From the human T2T-CHM13v2.0 reference genome, Homo sapiens, in the NCBI RefSeq assembly GCF_009914755.1, contig NC_060938.1: a DNA stretch of 64,000 bases, one strand, 5' to 3'. The notes beneath the pieces were generated by a model. That model saw nothing but the letters and a program-made list of their open reading frames with translations. It made no database searches and was not told the origin of the DNA. The first letter of the stretch is position 1. Each line of letters begins with the position of its first letter. Shown piece after piece: positions 16,537 through 34,407 of this stretch. The position numbers and the translations under genes are program-made.

Positions 16537-17320
16537 CCGGTTAAGAACTGCTTATCCAAAATGCTTGTCGAATTAACACAAAAACAGCAAACTAAATACC
16601 ACGTTTTCACTTATAAGTAGGAGGTAAACATTTGGTACCCAAAAACACAAAGATGGGAACCATAAACACTGGAGATTCCAAAAGAGAAGAGAGAGGGAGC
16701 TGGCCAACTGTTGAAAAACTGTCTATTGGGTCTTATGTTCACTACATGGGCGATGAGATCATTAGAAGTTCAATATTCAGCATCACACAGTATACCCATG
16801 TGACAAACGTTCAGATGTACCCCTAGAATCTAAAATAAAATAAAACAATCAGTTGCCAATATACAAATTGAAGTTGAATTCAACTCATGCTGCACTCTTT
16901 TCCATGTTCCATGTTGCAATCATTATTATTAAATGATTAAAATCTCTCCTTACCACTTTAACTAGTGTCCTCCTTCATTTATTTTTAATACAAGAGGCCC
17001 TTCTGCCTTGCTTACTTATGTATTTCCAATGTTTGCACAGTTTTTCTTCATAGTGTCTGCTTAATAGGTATTTGTTAAAAAAAATGAGCACATATAGTGA
17101 GTTAAAAAATGCTTGGGACCAGAGGTATTTCAGATTTCAAATTATTTTCAGATTTCAGAATATTTACATTATACTTACAAATTCAGTAGTGCTAATCCAG
17201 AAATCCAAAATCTGTAATGCTTAAGTGAACATTTCCTTGAGCATCACGTCAGCTCTCAAAAAGTTTCAGCTTTTAGAGCATTTCAGATTTCAGATATCTG
17301 GATAAGGAACACTCAACATG
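16537..17320 (+). mobile_element. MER46A/Tigger4a MITE split by an insertion (16568-17105)
   Basis: Left part ccggttaagaactgcttatccaaaatgcttg; right part aaatgcttgggaccagagg…ggaacactcaacatg. The halves join into one contiguous MER46A-like element. Confidence 0.85.
16568..16846 (+). mobile_element. L1PB3/4-type 3' end
   Basis: …gaaaaactgtctattgggtcttatgttcactac…tacccatgtgacaaac…gaatctaaaataaaataaaa. Confidence 0.9.
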
Positions 17321-17626
17321 CACTTTTATATATTAACCTTGTTTGCTATAAATTTCATATATATATATTATTTATTTCTAGTAGCTTTTGAAATGTATTC
17401 CTTAGTTTTTTCCCATAATCATCTCATTTTCAAGTAAAGACAATTTTGTTTTTCCTATTCAATCATTATGCCCTTTATTTTTCTTCTTTTTATAATGGTT
17501 AGTGCTTACAGTAATGTGTAGAAGAATAGCAGTGAGATGAACATTCTTTCTTTTTTCCTGATTTTATGTGGAATTTTTCAATATTGCACCTTTAAATAGT
17601 ACCCTGCCTGAAGATTTTTTGTAGGT

Positions 17627-18057
17627 TGTGGAAATAAATAACGCCTAATAATAACAGAGAGAATCTATATTTATTCAGACTTTTTATAACAGGAAAGTCA
17701 GCTGTCATCATATATGTTTTGCAGAGACTCAAAGAAAGGCTGAGGAATAGGAAAGTTTTGTACTTGGAAAAGGAAAGCTTTTGGATATGCTCTGCTTTAA
17801 GGTTGTATGGGGAAGCTGAAGATGGACTAAATAAATAAGGGGAAATGGAGCATCTTATGTGATCAGTCAGAAAGCATACTTGACTTTCTCTGATGGGTCC
17901 TGAGTTGGCAGCTGAGGCAAAAATAGGGAACCTGGCAATCATTAACTAAATCCTATTCATTTGGGGCTGGTTGATGCAGAGGCTGTGGTTTGGCTTCCCA
18001 GGCTGGTTGCTACAAAGATGTGGGTCAGAGCTCTATTCTTATATATGGTCTGGCTAC
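17627..18057 (-). mobile_element. MER89/MER90-type ERV1 LTR
   Basis: Reverse complement reads gccagaccatatataagaatagagctctgacccaca…ctttgagtctctgc…tctgaataaata…tttatttccaca. Confidence 0.7.
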
Positions 18058-18461
18058 CCCTCCTCCCATTTTGTCATTAACTAGCTTGAGGCATTGGCCA
18101 AGCCACTTCAGGGAAGTTTAGAGATTCAGATCTTCACAACTTAGAGACTGTTTAATTGTCTCTATTGTCAACCATATTATGAGATGTTCTTGAACTTTTT
18201 GCAGTTTTGTAGTAAGGGCAATCTTCTGGTGAGAGGGCTGCTATAAAAAGGAAGTTAAGACTGAGTTGAATGCAATTGGCCAGCATCATGACTAATATGA
18301 CAAAAACAAGAACAATGAGTAGTTCCTATAAAATGCTTCAGAAATAAAACCCCAGTTGTCCAACTCAAGTCAAGAGAACAAATCTTACAGGTTATGACGA
18401 TCAGCCATAGAGAGCCAAGTAACTTCTTCCTTAAGGCAATATATAGCTTATTCCGTCTTGC

Positions 18462-18990
18462 TGTATTAATCATGGTTATTGTTTTTGTTTTGCTTTGACA
18501 TCTTGAGACCATATAGGTTTCAAGACAGAGTGCTCCTCCTAGGGTTAGCTAATTTCTAGAAATACTAAACAACTTGCCTATGAGCATGTTATTTATATGC
18601 AAACCAACCAATCCAGAATCCACACCCTCACTTGACTCTTATTATATGGCTCCTGTGGTCTGGGACATTATCCCTCTGCTTTCGTCACCCCAGAATCAGG
18701 TGCTGGAACACTAGGGACTAAATTACACAAAAAGTACTCACACTACCCAGTCTTAAACCTGCTCAGCTGCTTACACTGTCTCACTCATTCCTTCCAAGGA
18801 AAACCATATTAAAGGCTCTGGCTCATGCTTTAGTTTTGCTCCTTTTGCCTTCACTGACTCTGGTACTTCCCCATATGGCCCCAGTGCATGATGTGCTGTG
18901 GCTCCTGTTTCTAGGGCTTTATGTGTATAAGAACACGTGACAGTCATTTCTGTCTCTGCAAGTCTCTCCATAATTAAATGGAGACAAAAA
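18462..18990 (+). mobile_element. MER74/MER73-type ERVL LTR
   Basis: Starts tgtattaatcatg; contains agggttagctaatttctaga and atatgcaaaccaaccaatccag. Confidence 0.7.
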
Positions 18991-19025
18991 GAAATCTAGA
19001 GCAATGAAACAGTGTAGTTGTTTTG

Positions 19026-22487
<3,462 letters not shown>

Positions 22488-23284
22488 AGTGTAGTTTTTG
22501 AGTCATCATTGCTATAATGGTTAAGTCCAATAGGCCAAAGGCATGAAAAAGTAGTTATGGGGTGCTTCTACCATGTTTCAGATATGTTTTTCCCTTTGAA
22601 GTGACCCATTCACATAATGCCCTTGGCCTGCTTTCCCCATCCACTCACTTTGCCCCAGCAAAATGGAATGAGGTACTTATTCAGAGAGTTTAAACAAAAA
22701 CTTGAGGATGCATAACCCAGAATCATTCTTACCTTCTGCCTCTCGGAGGCTCAGAGAAAGCTTACAGTCTGCTCTCCTAAAAACATGTGCATTGCCTGTC
22801 AAAGGAGTTCTGTTCTAGTTCAACGTTGTTTCTGTCTGAGTGGGTTCATCTATATAACACTGAGATTCAAGTTTAGGAAGCTGACTCATGTCCATATATA
22901 AATCACATTCTGCAAGATCTGCTTTAGTTGTGTTAAATTTATTTTGCTTTCTTCCCTTCTTGTAAGAAACCTATACTATAAGAACTCTAACTTATGATTT
23001 TATAATCTGTTCTCTTAACTTTGAATGTACTTTAGGAACAAATATGCATAAACGTTAATCAGTTTCTCTATACAAAATTATTTTTATCTTCTGTTATAAT
23101 TAAATACAATCGTTTCTTAATAGTCAATTTGTATAAAATCTTTATCAATTATCTCTGTCCATAAACTTTAGGAAAATATGTGAAATCTTGTTCTACATAT
23201 TTTGAAAATGGTTATTTCTTTATGGTGAGAATTTGGATGATAAATTTAGTTTCATCTTAATTACTTATACTTTTTATTGCTTTC

Positions 23285-23699
23285 TTGTTAGACTGCTCAG
23301 GCTGCCGTAACAAAATGCAATAAACTTGGTGTCTTATACAACAAATTTTTTTCCACATAGTTTGGAGGCTAAGAAGTACACGATCAGCATACACATAGTC
23401 AGTTTCTGCTGAGGGTATTCTTCATGCTTGTCACACAGATACCTTTTGTTGTGTTCCCACAGGGAAGAGAGATAGAGAAACACACAGAGAGACAGAGACA
23501 AAGGAAGTGTACAAGAAAGTGCTCTTCTGTGTCTTTTATAATAAATTCACTAATTCCATCATGAGGACTCCATCCTCATGGTTTCATCTCAACCTTTTGA
23601 CCTCCAAAGGCCCACATCTCCAAAACCATAATACTGGGGATTAGGGCTTCAAAATTTAAATTTGGGGTGGGAGGGACACAAACATTTAGTCCAAAATAT
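23285..23699 (-). mobile_element. MLT1A-type MaLR LTR
   Basis: ctcaggctgccgtaacaaaat…ggaggctaagaagt…ggggattagggcttcaa…gacacaaacatttagtcca. Confidence 0.85.
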
Positions 23700-23949
23700 T
23701 TGCATTTTAAATTAATGAGAATCCATTCAAACTAAAAAATAGGGTCATTATTATTGATTTTCAAAAAAAGAAATTTGAAAAAAAAGATTTGTCTCTGATT
23801 TACTCTTTGAAGAGAGAGTCACATATTGTAGAAAGTGATTGTTAACAACTTCCCCTTAAAAATAGTTTACCAATTTTAAACTATTATTAAACTATTATTA
23901 AAGAAAATCCCAATAATCTATAGTCCCATCCCATTAAGTGTACCTAAAA

Positions 23950-25399
<1,450 letters not shown>

Positions 25400-25400
<1 letters not shown>

Positions 25401-25890
25401 TCTTGTTCTTGAAGATGGATAGTATGCTGGAGTCACCTTGCCTCAGCTTCTGGCTACGAAGTCTCCCCTGAACTCCTCATGAAGATGGGCTTTACAAATA
25501 CAAACTAACCAATTCCCAAACTCATACTCTATAGGGCTGTCACACTCCAGGCCACTGTGCTTCTGTCCTAATCACGCTAGGGCCAAAAACCAGAGAACCA
25601 GAGACAGCTCTTATGCCCCAGAGCCCACTGAAATTATTCAAATGAGCCAGTCCTAAGCTTGTTTACCCTGCTTGGTTTCTTCCTGCAAACACCACAGTCT
25701 AGGGTCTTGCTCCTGAATTCCTCCCTCTCTCTGTTTCCTGATGGACCTGAGTTCTTCCCTGTAGTCTCCCCTGGTGTGACATGCTCCCTTCTCTTGGAAA
25801 TTGTGAGTATCTTTTCAATGGCAATTGTCTTCTGATCTGTTTGCTTTACTATACCTTAGCTTTTCTATTAATACGCTATATATTAAAACA
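25400..25890 (+). mobile_element. MER74-type ERVL LTR
   Basis: caaactaaccaat…cacactccaggccact…ccccagagcccactgaaattattcaaa…tattaaaaca. Confidence 0.7.
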
Positions 25891-26967
25891 ATATTTAACA
25901 TAGGTGAAAAATTGAGAAAAGATATTCTAAAAAATGGTAAAGCAGAATCACACACAAAGAGTATGTGAAAAAGAATGAGGTAAATACAAATAGAATGACG
26001 TGGCTAGTGTGTGTGGTTGGTGGGAAAATAAAGAGGGAAATGATGTGTTTTAAGTTTGAGGTTAGAAAATTAGAGTAAAATTGAGAAATACGGTTTTAAG
26101 TTCAAACTATTGAATCTATTAAATCTAGAAAAATCAACAATAAAGTATCTATTTAGAGTAATAACTAAATCTGCCTTTCCTTTTTTCAATTAAAATAGAA
26201 ACAAATATTGTTGCATTATTTTTATTGTTGTAACAGTTTTGGGCTGCTTTTGAGTCTTTGTTTTGGGAAAGTTTTTATTTTTAGGTTATTTTTCTTTTGT
26301 AATATTCTAGACAACCTCTTGTATAAATGTTAAAATGTAATTTTACTACCTTTCAGGCATATTTTAATGTGCCCTAGTTGTTAACAAATTTATTCAAGAT
26401 TAAGTACTATATTTTTAACTTCTTAAAAAAATTAATTTCTTTCTATGCAATGATTGACCTTGAAAATACAAAAGTATGTACAGTATGCACATAATATTCA
26501 TACTGAATCTAATTGTTTAACTGTTGTTTAATTCATTTAATCATTCATTTTTCAAGGGAAACATATTGAATAATTAGGTAAAAATTTATCAGCAGCCACT
26601 GTGTTTATTTGGTAATTTTGTATGCAAGATAGCACATTGTAGTCTTGAGGAAAGACATTTCCTTACTAAGCTATTAATTCAAATTCTATATTGTTTTAAA
26701 CAATAAAAATTCAAAATATATATTTTGATAAGAAAGGAATTTGAATTTGCCAATAGTTGCTTTCTCATTTAATTTTTAAAAAAGAAAAAAGTCCCTATCT
26801 TCGAATAGACAACTTTATTAAATCTGATGAATTTTTGTAAAGTCTGTTTAAGTTGTTTCTTCTTTGATTGGTTAAACAAGTAACTTTTAAAACAATGTTA
26901 GGAACTAACATATTATATATATTTCAGGATATCTTATAATATTATTTCATTTTTCTATGTAACTGTA

Positions 26968-27020
26968 CTTGTATCTATGTCTATGTCTATATCTGTATCT
27001 GTATCTATCTATATCTGTAT
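26968..27020. repeat. Degenerate (TATCTR)n/(TCTA)n simple repeat
   Basis: gtatctatgtctatgtctatatctgtatctgtatctatctatatctgtat. Confidence 0.8.
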
Positions 27021-28829
27021 TTAGACAGAGTATCTACAAGAACAAGTAGGTGGGAGTTAGGTCCTAATCCAAGGATTTTCAGTCACTGATAAATACAGTT
27101 TTCTCACGGAAGTTTCGTATCTGACTGTCTCTCCACTGGAAATTTCTGTTGCTATTCAAATAGTTCTACAATTTGCCTCCAGAAAATATGTCAATAAGAT
27201 TAAAAAGTCAACATTTCATAAATTGAAATTGCTATTTTGACCTCCTAAAAATATATAACTTTTATTAAAACGAATTACTATTAAAATACATTCCACATAG
27301 GTATGGTAATTGCTTTTATTAGAAAAGTTGAAAGAAGTGAGATAATCTGAGTAATATGGTTTACAACAGATATGTAAAAACAAAGAACACATATCTGTCA
27401 TCTATATTTATTCAGTTTTATGTGTTATAATTAAATGAATTTCGGTTCTTGCTTCTCTCAATTATGACATAATAAATGATAGAAAATAGACATGTTTTTC
27501 CAGAAGTCATTTTATAAACATAATATTGAGTAACGTTTAAAAATTAAAAGTAAAAATTAAATATTTATACTTTAATTTGGAGAAAAAACTGCTATAAGCC
27601 TATTATTATAAATGCAAAGTAAGGAGAAGTGTTGAGTCCACTGGTTGCATCAAGAACTTTTTACCAAACTTAGAGGCACATAATCAGAAAAAGATATGTA
27701 TATTTGTTCTATAAATTAAGATTAAAATGTATATATCTAATGACATTGAGAGATAAGGAAAGGTATTGATCTATTTAAATAGTTTCAGCTAAAATCATGA
27801 CAAATTCGTATGCAGACTGAAATCCTAATCAAAGCATTAGTAAAAAGAAAAAGGTCCTTAAAATTTTCTGAAATTTTTATATGTGAATTATATTTCAAAG
27901 AAGCTCAATTTAAAATGCCCTCGTGTTCAAAGTAAAAATACATATTACAAATTGTGTAATATGTATTAATTTTAAATTTTATAAAAAATCAGTGAATTCT
28001 TTCAAGTCTTTCAAAGTGTTATGGTTAAGTCTAAATAGGAACTATACTTAAATTAGATTGTTTAGAATGAAAAATTATTTTTAATTTATTCAATGTTTAT
28101 TTTATGTGTTCAGCATTCTGATGATTCTTTGAGAAGGAAAATAGTATAAATAGTTGAACATATTTAAAAACATCATATTGATCACAATTATACATAATTT
28201 TTTAAAGTTCTTTTGATTTTTTGCTATGCTTTGTTAATTAATTGATTAATTGTACCGCAATTATAGCCATAATTGGAATAGGAACTGGACTGTATATAGT
28301 TTGACAGGTAGAGAAGTAATATTGTAAGATGAGAAGGAAAGGTAACAAATAGTTAAATGTGAGATAACTTTTTTAATGGAATTTAAAAATTGTAATTAAA
28401 TTTAGAAGTAAAATAAATGCTGATATAGATAAATTTGATAAGAAACATAGAGCAATTTTCAGCAGTATGGACTTACCTTAAAACCGGAAAATGGATACCA
28501 TCATTTTAAAATATTAATTAGAACTTTGGGTCTGCTTTCCCCCATGCCCTATTAGTAGTAAATTCCTTATTTGTTCCCTTTTAATATGTACATGCCAGTT
28601 TAATAATTTCAAAACCCCTAGAGTTTTTTTCATTTCAAAGTTATTTTGATTGTTCTAAATGATAAGCAGAGAGAATCAGTCTTTCCCGGTTATTGCTTCT
28701 TTTTGTCACATGAGGTCTGTATCCAGACCCACATATATTTTCTCGAGGTCCTCTTGGGGCACATTTGACCCTATATCCTCCGCACATGAACAATAAAATT
28801 AGTTATCAACTAACATTCATATGACTTAC

Positions 28830-29138
28830 CGTGTTTCTCCAAATCATAGCCAGCCCGTGTGCCTGTACTTGAGTCAAGAGCCTCAGCACATCACCGGCTG
28901 AAGTTAATTTTAAGTGCAGGGCTTTTCCAAGCTGTGCAGCCTTGTCTGGTATGAAATTTCCACTTAATAAGGTTTTCTTAACTAGACTCTTTGAATACTT
29001 TTCCTCAGAGTTCTTGAACTCATTGTGCAAATTTTTCCACTTTTCATCTTCTATTAGGTCAGCATACAATGCATTTACAAAATCAAAGTTAATTGTCACG
29101 TCTTAATTCTAGGATGGAATTCTAGGTGTCTGCCTTCT
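28830..29138 (-). other. Candidate exon (coding status unknown)
   Basis: Consensus donor ACG|GTAAGT (exon end 28830); possible acceptors before 29050 or 29138; 97-codon open frame; local CpG retention. Confidence 0.3.
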
Positions 29139-30404
29139 CTACATTTGCATTAAAAAGAGGACATTTGGGGAAGACATAAATACAAACAAAAAACAAAACA
29201 CAAAAGTTAAGTTAAAAATGATAACAATTTGTAAAATTAGCTTATTTGAAAATAAAACTATAATTATTTAAGGATATTCTAAACCAATTTGGAATGTCAA
29301 TTTGTTGAAGAAGACCATATTTTTATATATTAAGATTTATAGAAATTAAAATTTTTATCTGAGCAATTCAATATATTTTATGATAATAAATTATATAAAT
29401 TCCAGCAGAAAATCATATTAGATGATTATGGTTTATTTAAGGATTCTAGTAAAATCTTTAACATAGAAAAATACTCATATTGGTATACGTACAGAACACA
29501 GTCATCTACCATTCATAGTTCAAGCTGGAGCTATTAAAATATTAGATTGGATAACTCAGTATCAACATTGATATCCATTGTAAATATATACAATAGAAGC
29601 CATTAATCTTACCAAAAAGATATAAAATTACTGAAATTTTTTACAAACAAGCTTTCATAATAATATTTATCTTCTGGGCTGTAGCATTAATTCTAAAAAA
29701 TGACAAAAATTTGTAAGAAAACATATGACATAATTTTGACCTATTGAAATATTATTAAATGTGCTATTAATACAATAGTCATGAAAACCATTATACAAAA
29801 ACAAAGTGTTGTTCATGGCATTTACAGAGAACACATTGGTATGACTCCTTCAGGGTATTTATAATAAGTATGAAGCAAGATTTGACTGAGAATACTGAAG
29901 AAAACATTTACTTAATTTTTTGAAACAGCTCTGAATAGATGAATAGCACTTATTTAGGTTCTTTATTCTCTTTTGCTTCCTTTCTCCTTTCCTTCTTTTC
30001 TGTCATAGATGAGCCAGGCAAGTAACCCAAATGCGTGATATGGACTAGGTGTAATAAAACTAAGCAGTGGAGAAATTGTGGTAAAATGAAGCATCTGAAC
30101 TTTCTTGTAAAGGTCAGCTTCTTAAGTCTATTCAGTGTAAACTGCCTCCACCTTTTTTGATGTTTATCAAGAGAAACCCAAAATACAAGATTGGAGAATT
30201 AAATATTGAAATAGTCAACTATGGGAATGTTCTCAAAAAACAAGGAAGCAAGCAAACAAACAAACAAAAACACATTGTGCTGGCCAACACTGTGAAAGCT
30301 AAAGTAACTCTGGAAATGTATTTGGATCAGTTACTGCAAATTTATAATTTTCCTTTAGGAAGTAGACAGTAGGATAAACCATTGAAATGTTTCTTTCTTG
30401 TTTT

Positions 30405-30590
30405 GATGTAGTTCCAATACTTACTAAATATGTGGCTTGGACATGTTAGCTTCTTTATTTTTAAAACAGAACAAAAAATAGACATCATATTGATTTGAAT
30501 ACTAAATAAGATAGAAGTAATAAACCATATATGGCAATGCTTAGTACATTAGTAAACACTTGATAAATAAGTGGTAGCTATTATTATTGC
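30405..30590 (+). mobile_element. MIR
   Basis: cttactaaatatgtggcttggaca…aatgcttagtacattagtaaacacttgataaat…tagctattattatt. Confidence 0.65.
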
Positions 30591-30759
30591 TTGCCAAATA
30601 ACTTTACAGAGGTGTCAAAAAATTCAAAATCCCACATGTCCTCAGAGTTATTTCTGCTTGCCAGGTGTCCCTGCTTAGAAATTAATAGGACGTACACACC
30701 AAAATTTGACATTTAGATGTTTCATTCCACTTATTTGTCTTCTAGTTTAAAAATACTTA

Positions 30760-32050
30760 TGAGAATTCTTTATATTTTTTAAAAAATGTTAAATGATGAA
30801 TAACAAAACAAAATAGAAAGTGTTATATAATGAATTCAAATTCACAAAACCGCTTCTTATCCTAAAATATCTTAAATAGTTCTCATACTGCCCTCCTTAA
30901 TAAACTCTACTTTCTTGCTCTGCAGGCAATCACCTGCCTATGTTTCATATATTTTTCCTGTGTTTCATGTTGATGATTCCTATGCATTTTTACTTTCTTC
31001 TACTATTCAATTATGAACTCTAAAATAAATGTGACATTTTTGCCTGTTTTTAACTCTAAATAGTTTTATAATTTCATTATACCATGACCTAATATTTGAT
31101 TCAAACTTGAGTGGTTCGTAATATTAATTTGTATTAATTATCAGTGATGTACTATATCCCACTGTATAACAATAGCTTGAATTGTATTTTGATTCTCTAC
31201 TGATAGATATATAGGTCAAATCTAGGGTTTAAAGAAAATCCCAACAATGCTGCTATAAGCCCTCTTACATGTTTCACTGTGTATGCATGTGTGAGAATTT
31301 TTCCACAACATATACTCAGAGGTACCCTTGCTGGATCAAGAGCAACTGTACATTTTCACATTTTAGGTACTTCCAAGTTTTCTCCAAAGTGGTTGTACAG
31401 TGTATGTTTACCAGCACTGTAAATGTAAATGAAATATATCTTTATTACCCTTGGTATTATCACACATTTTCTTATTTACCAGTCTAATCACTGGTAAGAT
31501 GGAATCAGGATTGATAAACCTATTCATGATTCCTCTTTTCTTTCTTCGAATTGCCTTATATTTAGGCTACTCTACTACTGGAATACTTTTCCTTATAATA
31601 TCTTTCTTTATATTATCAACAGTTTTGAATGTTAATACTTTTTGCATTATAAACATTTTATTTTTTCTCCTATTAGCGCTTTCCTATTTGTAATTGCATA
31701 TTTTGAAGAATGGTGTTTTACACTTGTCATCAACTTAATATTTTTATTTAAGTTTAGCTCTTCTTTAATCATGTTTATATCATTTGTTAGCCTAAGCTGA
31801 TAAATATTCTACTGGATTACCTTCTAGAAGTTTTTAAGCATTTATTTTCTATCTAATTTTTTCAGATATCAAATAATCCCTCATATATTATACATTTCCC
31901 ATGAAGTTTTTATTTACATTGGATGAATTTGTAGTTCTTTAACCATGTGAAACATTTCATTATGAAATATTTCAATAAAAATATGATGTATAAGTTTTAT
32001 CAATATGTTTTTGTTCATTCTTGCATATATTAGTTTTTTTGGCTATTAAA
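30760..32050 (-). mobile_element. Degenerate L1ME-type fragment
   Basis: Antisense L1-like text (aacaatgctgctataagc…ttttctccaaagtggttgtac…). Confidence 0.55.
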
Positions 32051-32804
32051 TTTTCTAAGTGGAAACTTTTTGGTAAGATTTTTCTTTCTGGTTTAACTGG
32101 CTATCTGATCAAAAAACAACCAAAATATCTCCAGATGGATTAAAGAATTACACACAAAAATACAACTTTAGTGAAGTATATCCATATGTTATCAAATAGC
32201 TTAAAACTAACTTTTGAAAAAAAAGTCAATGTGACTACTTAAAAATTTTGTTCAGATAATTGCAGGGATACCAGTTTGAAATAATCTAACTTAAAATCAT
32301 ACATTTATGTACATAAAAATAAATTTGGTATCAATGAAAACACTAAAAACTAGAAAACAATCTAACTTCTGAAATTATTCTAAAATAGTATAAGAATATA
32401 TTTTATATATGCTTGTAATGTAGGAAGGGCTCTTTAAAAGTGTGACACAATTCATAAAGGAAAAAATGTTTAAAGATAAATACTGATTAATTGATTATTA
32501 AGCCAGATTCAGGTAACCCTACTACTAATTTACACAATTACATAGTGAATCTTTGAGGCTTAGGTGCTAATATATATGAAGTAACTAAAATAAAAACTAA
32601 TAAATTCCTTGTAATTGGTTTGCATTTATTTCAGCAGAAAAGATATATTACTATTTTATTTATAATTATAAAAGCATGTGTTAATTTTCAGTATGCTATT
32701 CTGTAAGTGAAAGTATGTTTGAAAATTGTAATGGTGGAGAAAAATTTAGCTGCACTTTACTTAAAACTAAACATACACACATTACAGATAGAGTCCAATG
32801 AGTT

Positions 32805-33720
32805 TTTAAGAAATTTATTGAGCTATAATTAACATATTAAAAGCCAAAAATATGTAAGATAAATTATTAGATATGCTCTGACATATTTATACATCCATGA
32901 GATCATCATTATTGTCAAGATAGTGAACATATAAATCCACAAAATGTTTCCTCATGACTACTTTTAATAATCCCCTTTTGCAATTATTGTCTCTCCTAAT
33001 AAGCATCTTAGCTAGACAACTGCTGACCATCTTTCAGTATTGTATGTTACTGTATATTGTATATTGGTGCATCCAGAAGTTTTATATAAATGGAATCATA
33101 TAAGGTGCACTATTTTTTGGCTGGCATTTTTGCTTTACAGCAAAATTCTTTTGAAATTCATTCATGTTGTTGCATGTGTCAGTAGTCGAACCTTTTTATT
33201 GCTGAGCAGAATTTTTCTGTACGTATATATCACCAATTACTTGTTAATGAATATGTGGGTCATGACCACGTTTTAGCTATTAAAGAGAAAATGCCTATGA
33301 ACATTTATATACAACAATTTCTTTTTCATTTTTCGAGGGGGAAATATCTAGAAGATAAATGACTAGATTAAGTGGTAAGCATAGGTTTACTTTTTAAAGA
33401 AGCTGTCAATCTATTTTACAAACTGGTTGTCAATCAAAAGTATATTAAAGTTTCAGTTCCTCCATTTTCTTGCCTATACCTGGTAGGGTCAATATTTTTT
33501 TTCACTTTGGACATTGTAATAACTATCAGTAGTATTTCTTTGTGGTTTTCAATTCTTTAATGATTACAGATGTTAAAATTTTTTGATATACTTATTTGTC
33601 ATCCATGTCTTCTATCATGACGTCTTTTTCAATCTTTTGCCTTTTAGAAAATTGGGTGATTTGTTTTATTTTTGATTTTTGACAGCTTTTATATATTCTT
33701 TATGAAAGTAATTTATTAGT
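32805..33720 (-). mobile_element. Old L1 (L1MC/MD-type) 3' region; resumes at ~34345-34400 and ~36460-36900
   Basis: aatttattgagctataattaacat…ttttatataaatggaatcata…ttgaaattcattcatgttgttgcatg. Confidence 0.75.
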
Positions 33721-34342
33721 GTGTTGGGGCTCCTTATGACCACCCTTAGGCTCAAAGATTAACTATAATGATTCACAGGTCTTAGAAAACATGTTACATT
33801 CATAGTTACAGTTTACTACAATGAAAAGATACAGATTAAAATCAACAAAGAAAAAAAACCCATGGGGAGAAATGTAGAAGATATCAGGTACAAGCTTTCA
33901 GGTGTCCTCTCCCAGTGGAATCCCACAAGAACACATGTAATTCTCCCAGCAACAATATTTGACAGCATATTGAAGTGTTGTCAATCAGAGAAGCTCATTT
34001 AAGTTTTGGTCTCCAGGGCTTTTACTGGGCATCAGTCATGTAAGGTGGTGCCTATATGAGTGATTTCAGCTACTCAGACTACAGCATCTGTCAGATCAAA
34101 TATAGCCATTGACTCTAAATTATATTGTTAGGATAAGCTTAACTGTTCAAATGAGCACAGCATGGTCCAAGGCCTCAGACGCTGAAAACCACTTGTGCAC
34201 TGTACTCTAAAGCCAAAGATGTATAGAAACACTGTCATCAGGCAGAATATATTAAGGGCCCACAGATTATCTTCCAAAAGCCAGCCAAGTGCCAGTTCTA
34301 AAGACAAACATTAGTCCTGATGAGATAAACCTTTCTTGGCCA
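33721..34342 (-). mobile_element. MER21-type ERVL LTR
   Basis: ggggctccttatgaccaccc…gtcctctcccagtggaatcccaca…ccagggcttttactggg. Confidence 0.75.
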
Positions 34343-34407
34343 ATAAGATATATGCTATTCAAATGTTTTCTCAGTTCATAGCTTTTTAAAAAATTATTTT
34401 TAAATGC

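Larger units (their letters stand above)
14575..17625 (-). mobile_element. Old L1M element (antisense) hosting FLAM, MER46A and L1PB insertions
   Basis: Antisense L1 3'UTR (aaatgcacagatctaaag…catataaatggaact…) continuing into ORF2-derived sequence. Confidence 0.7.
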
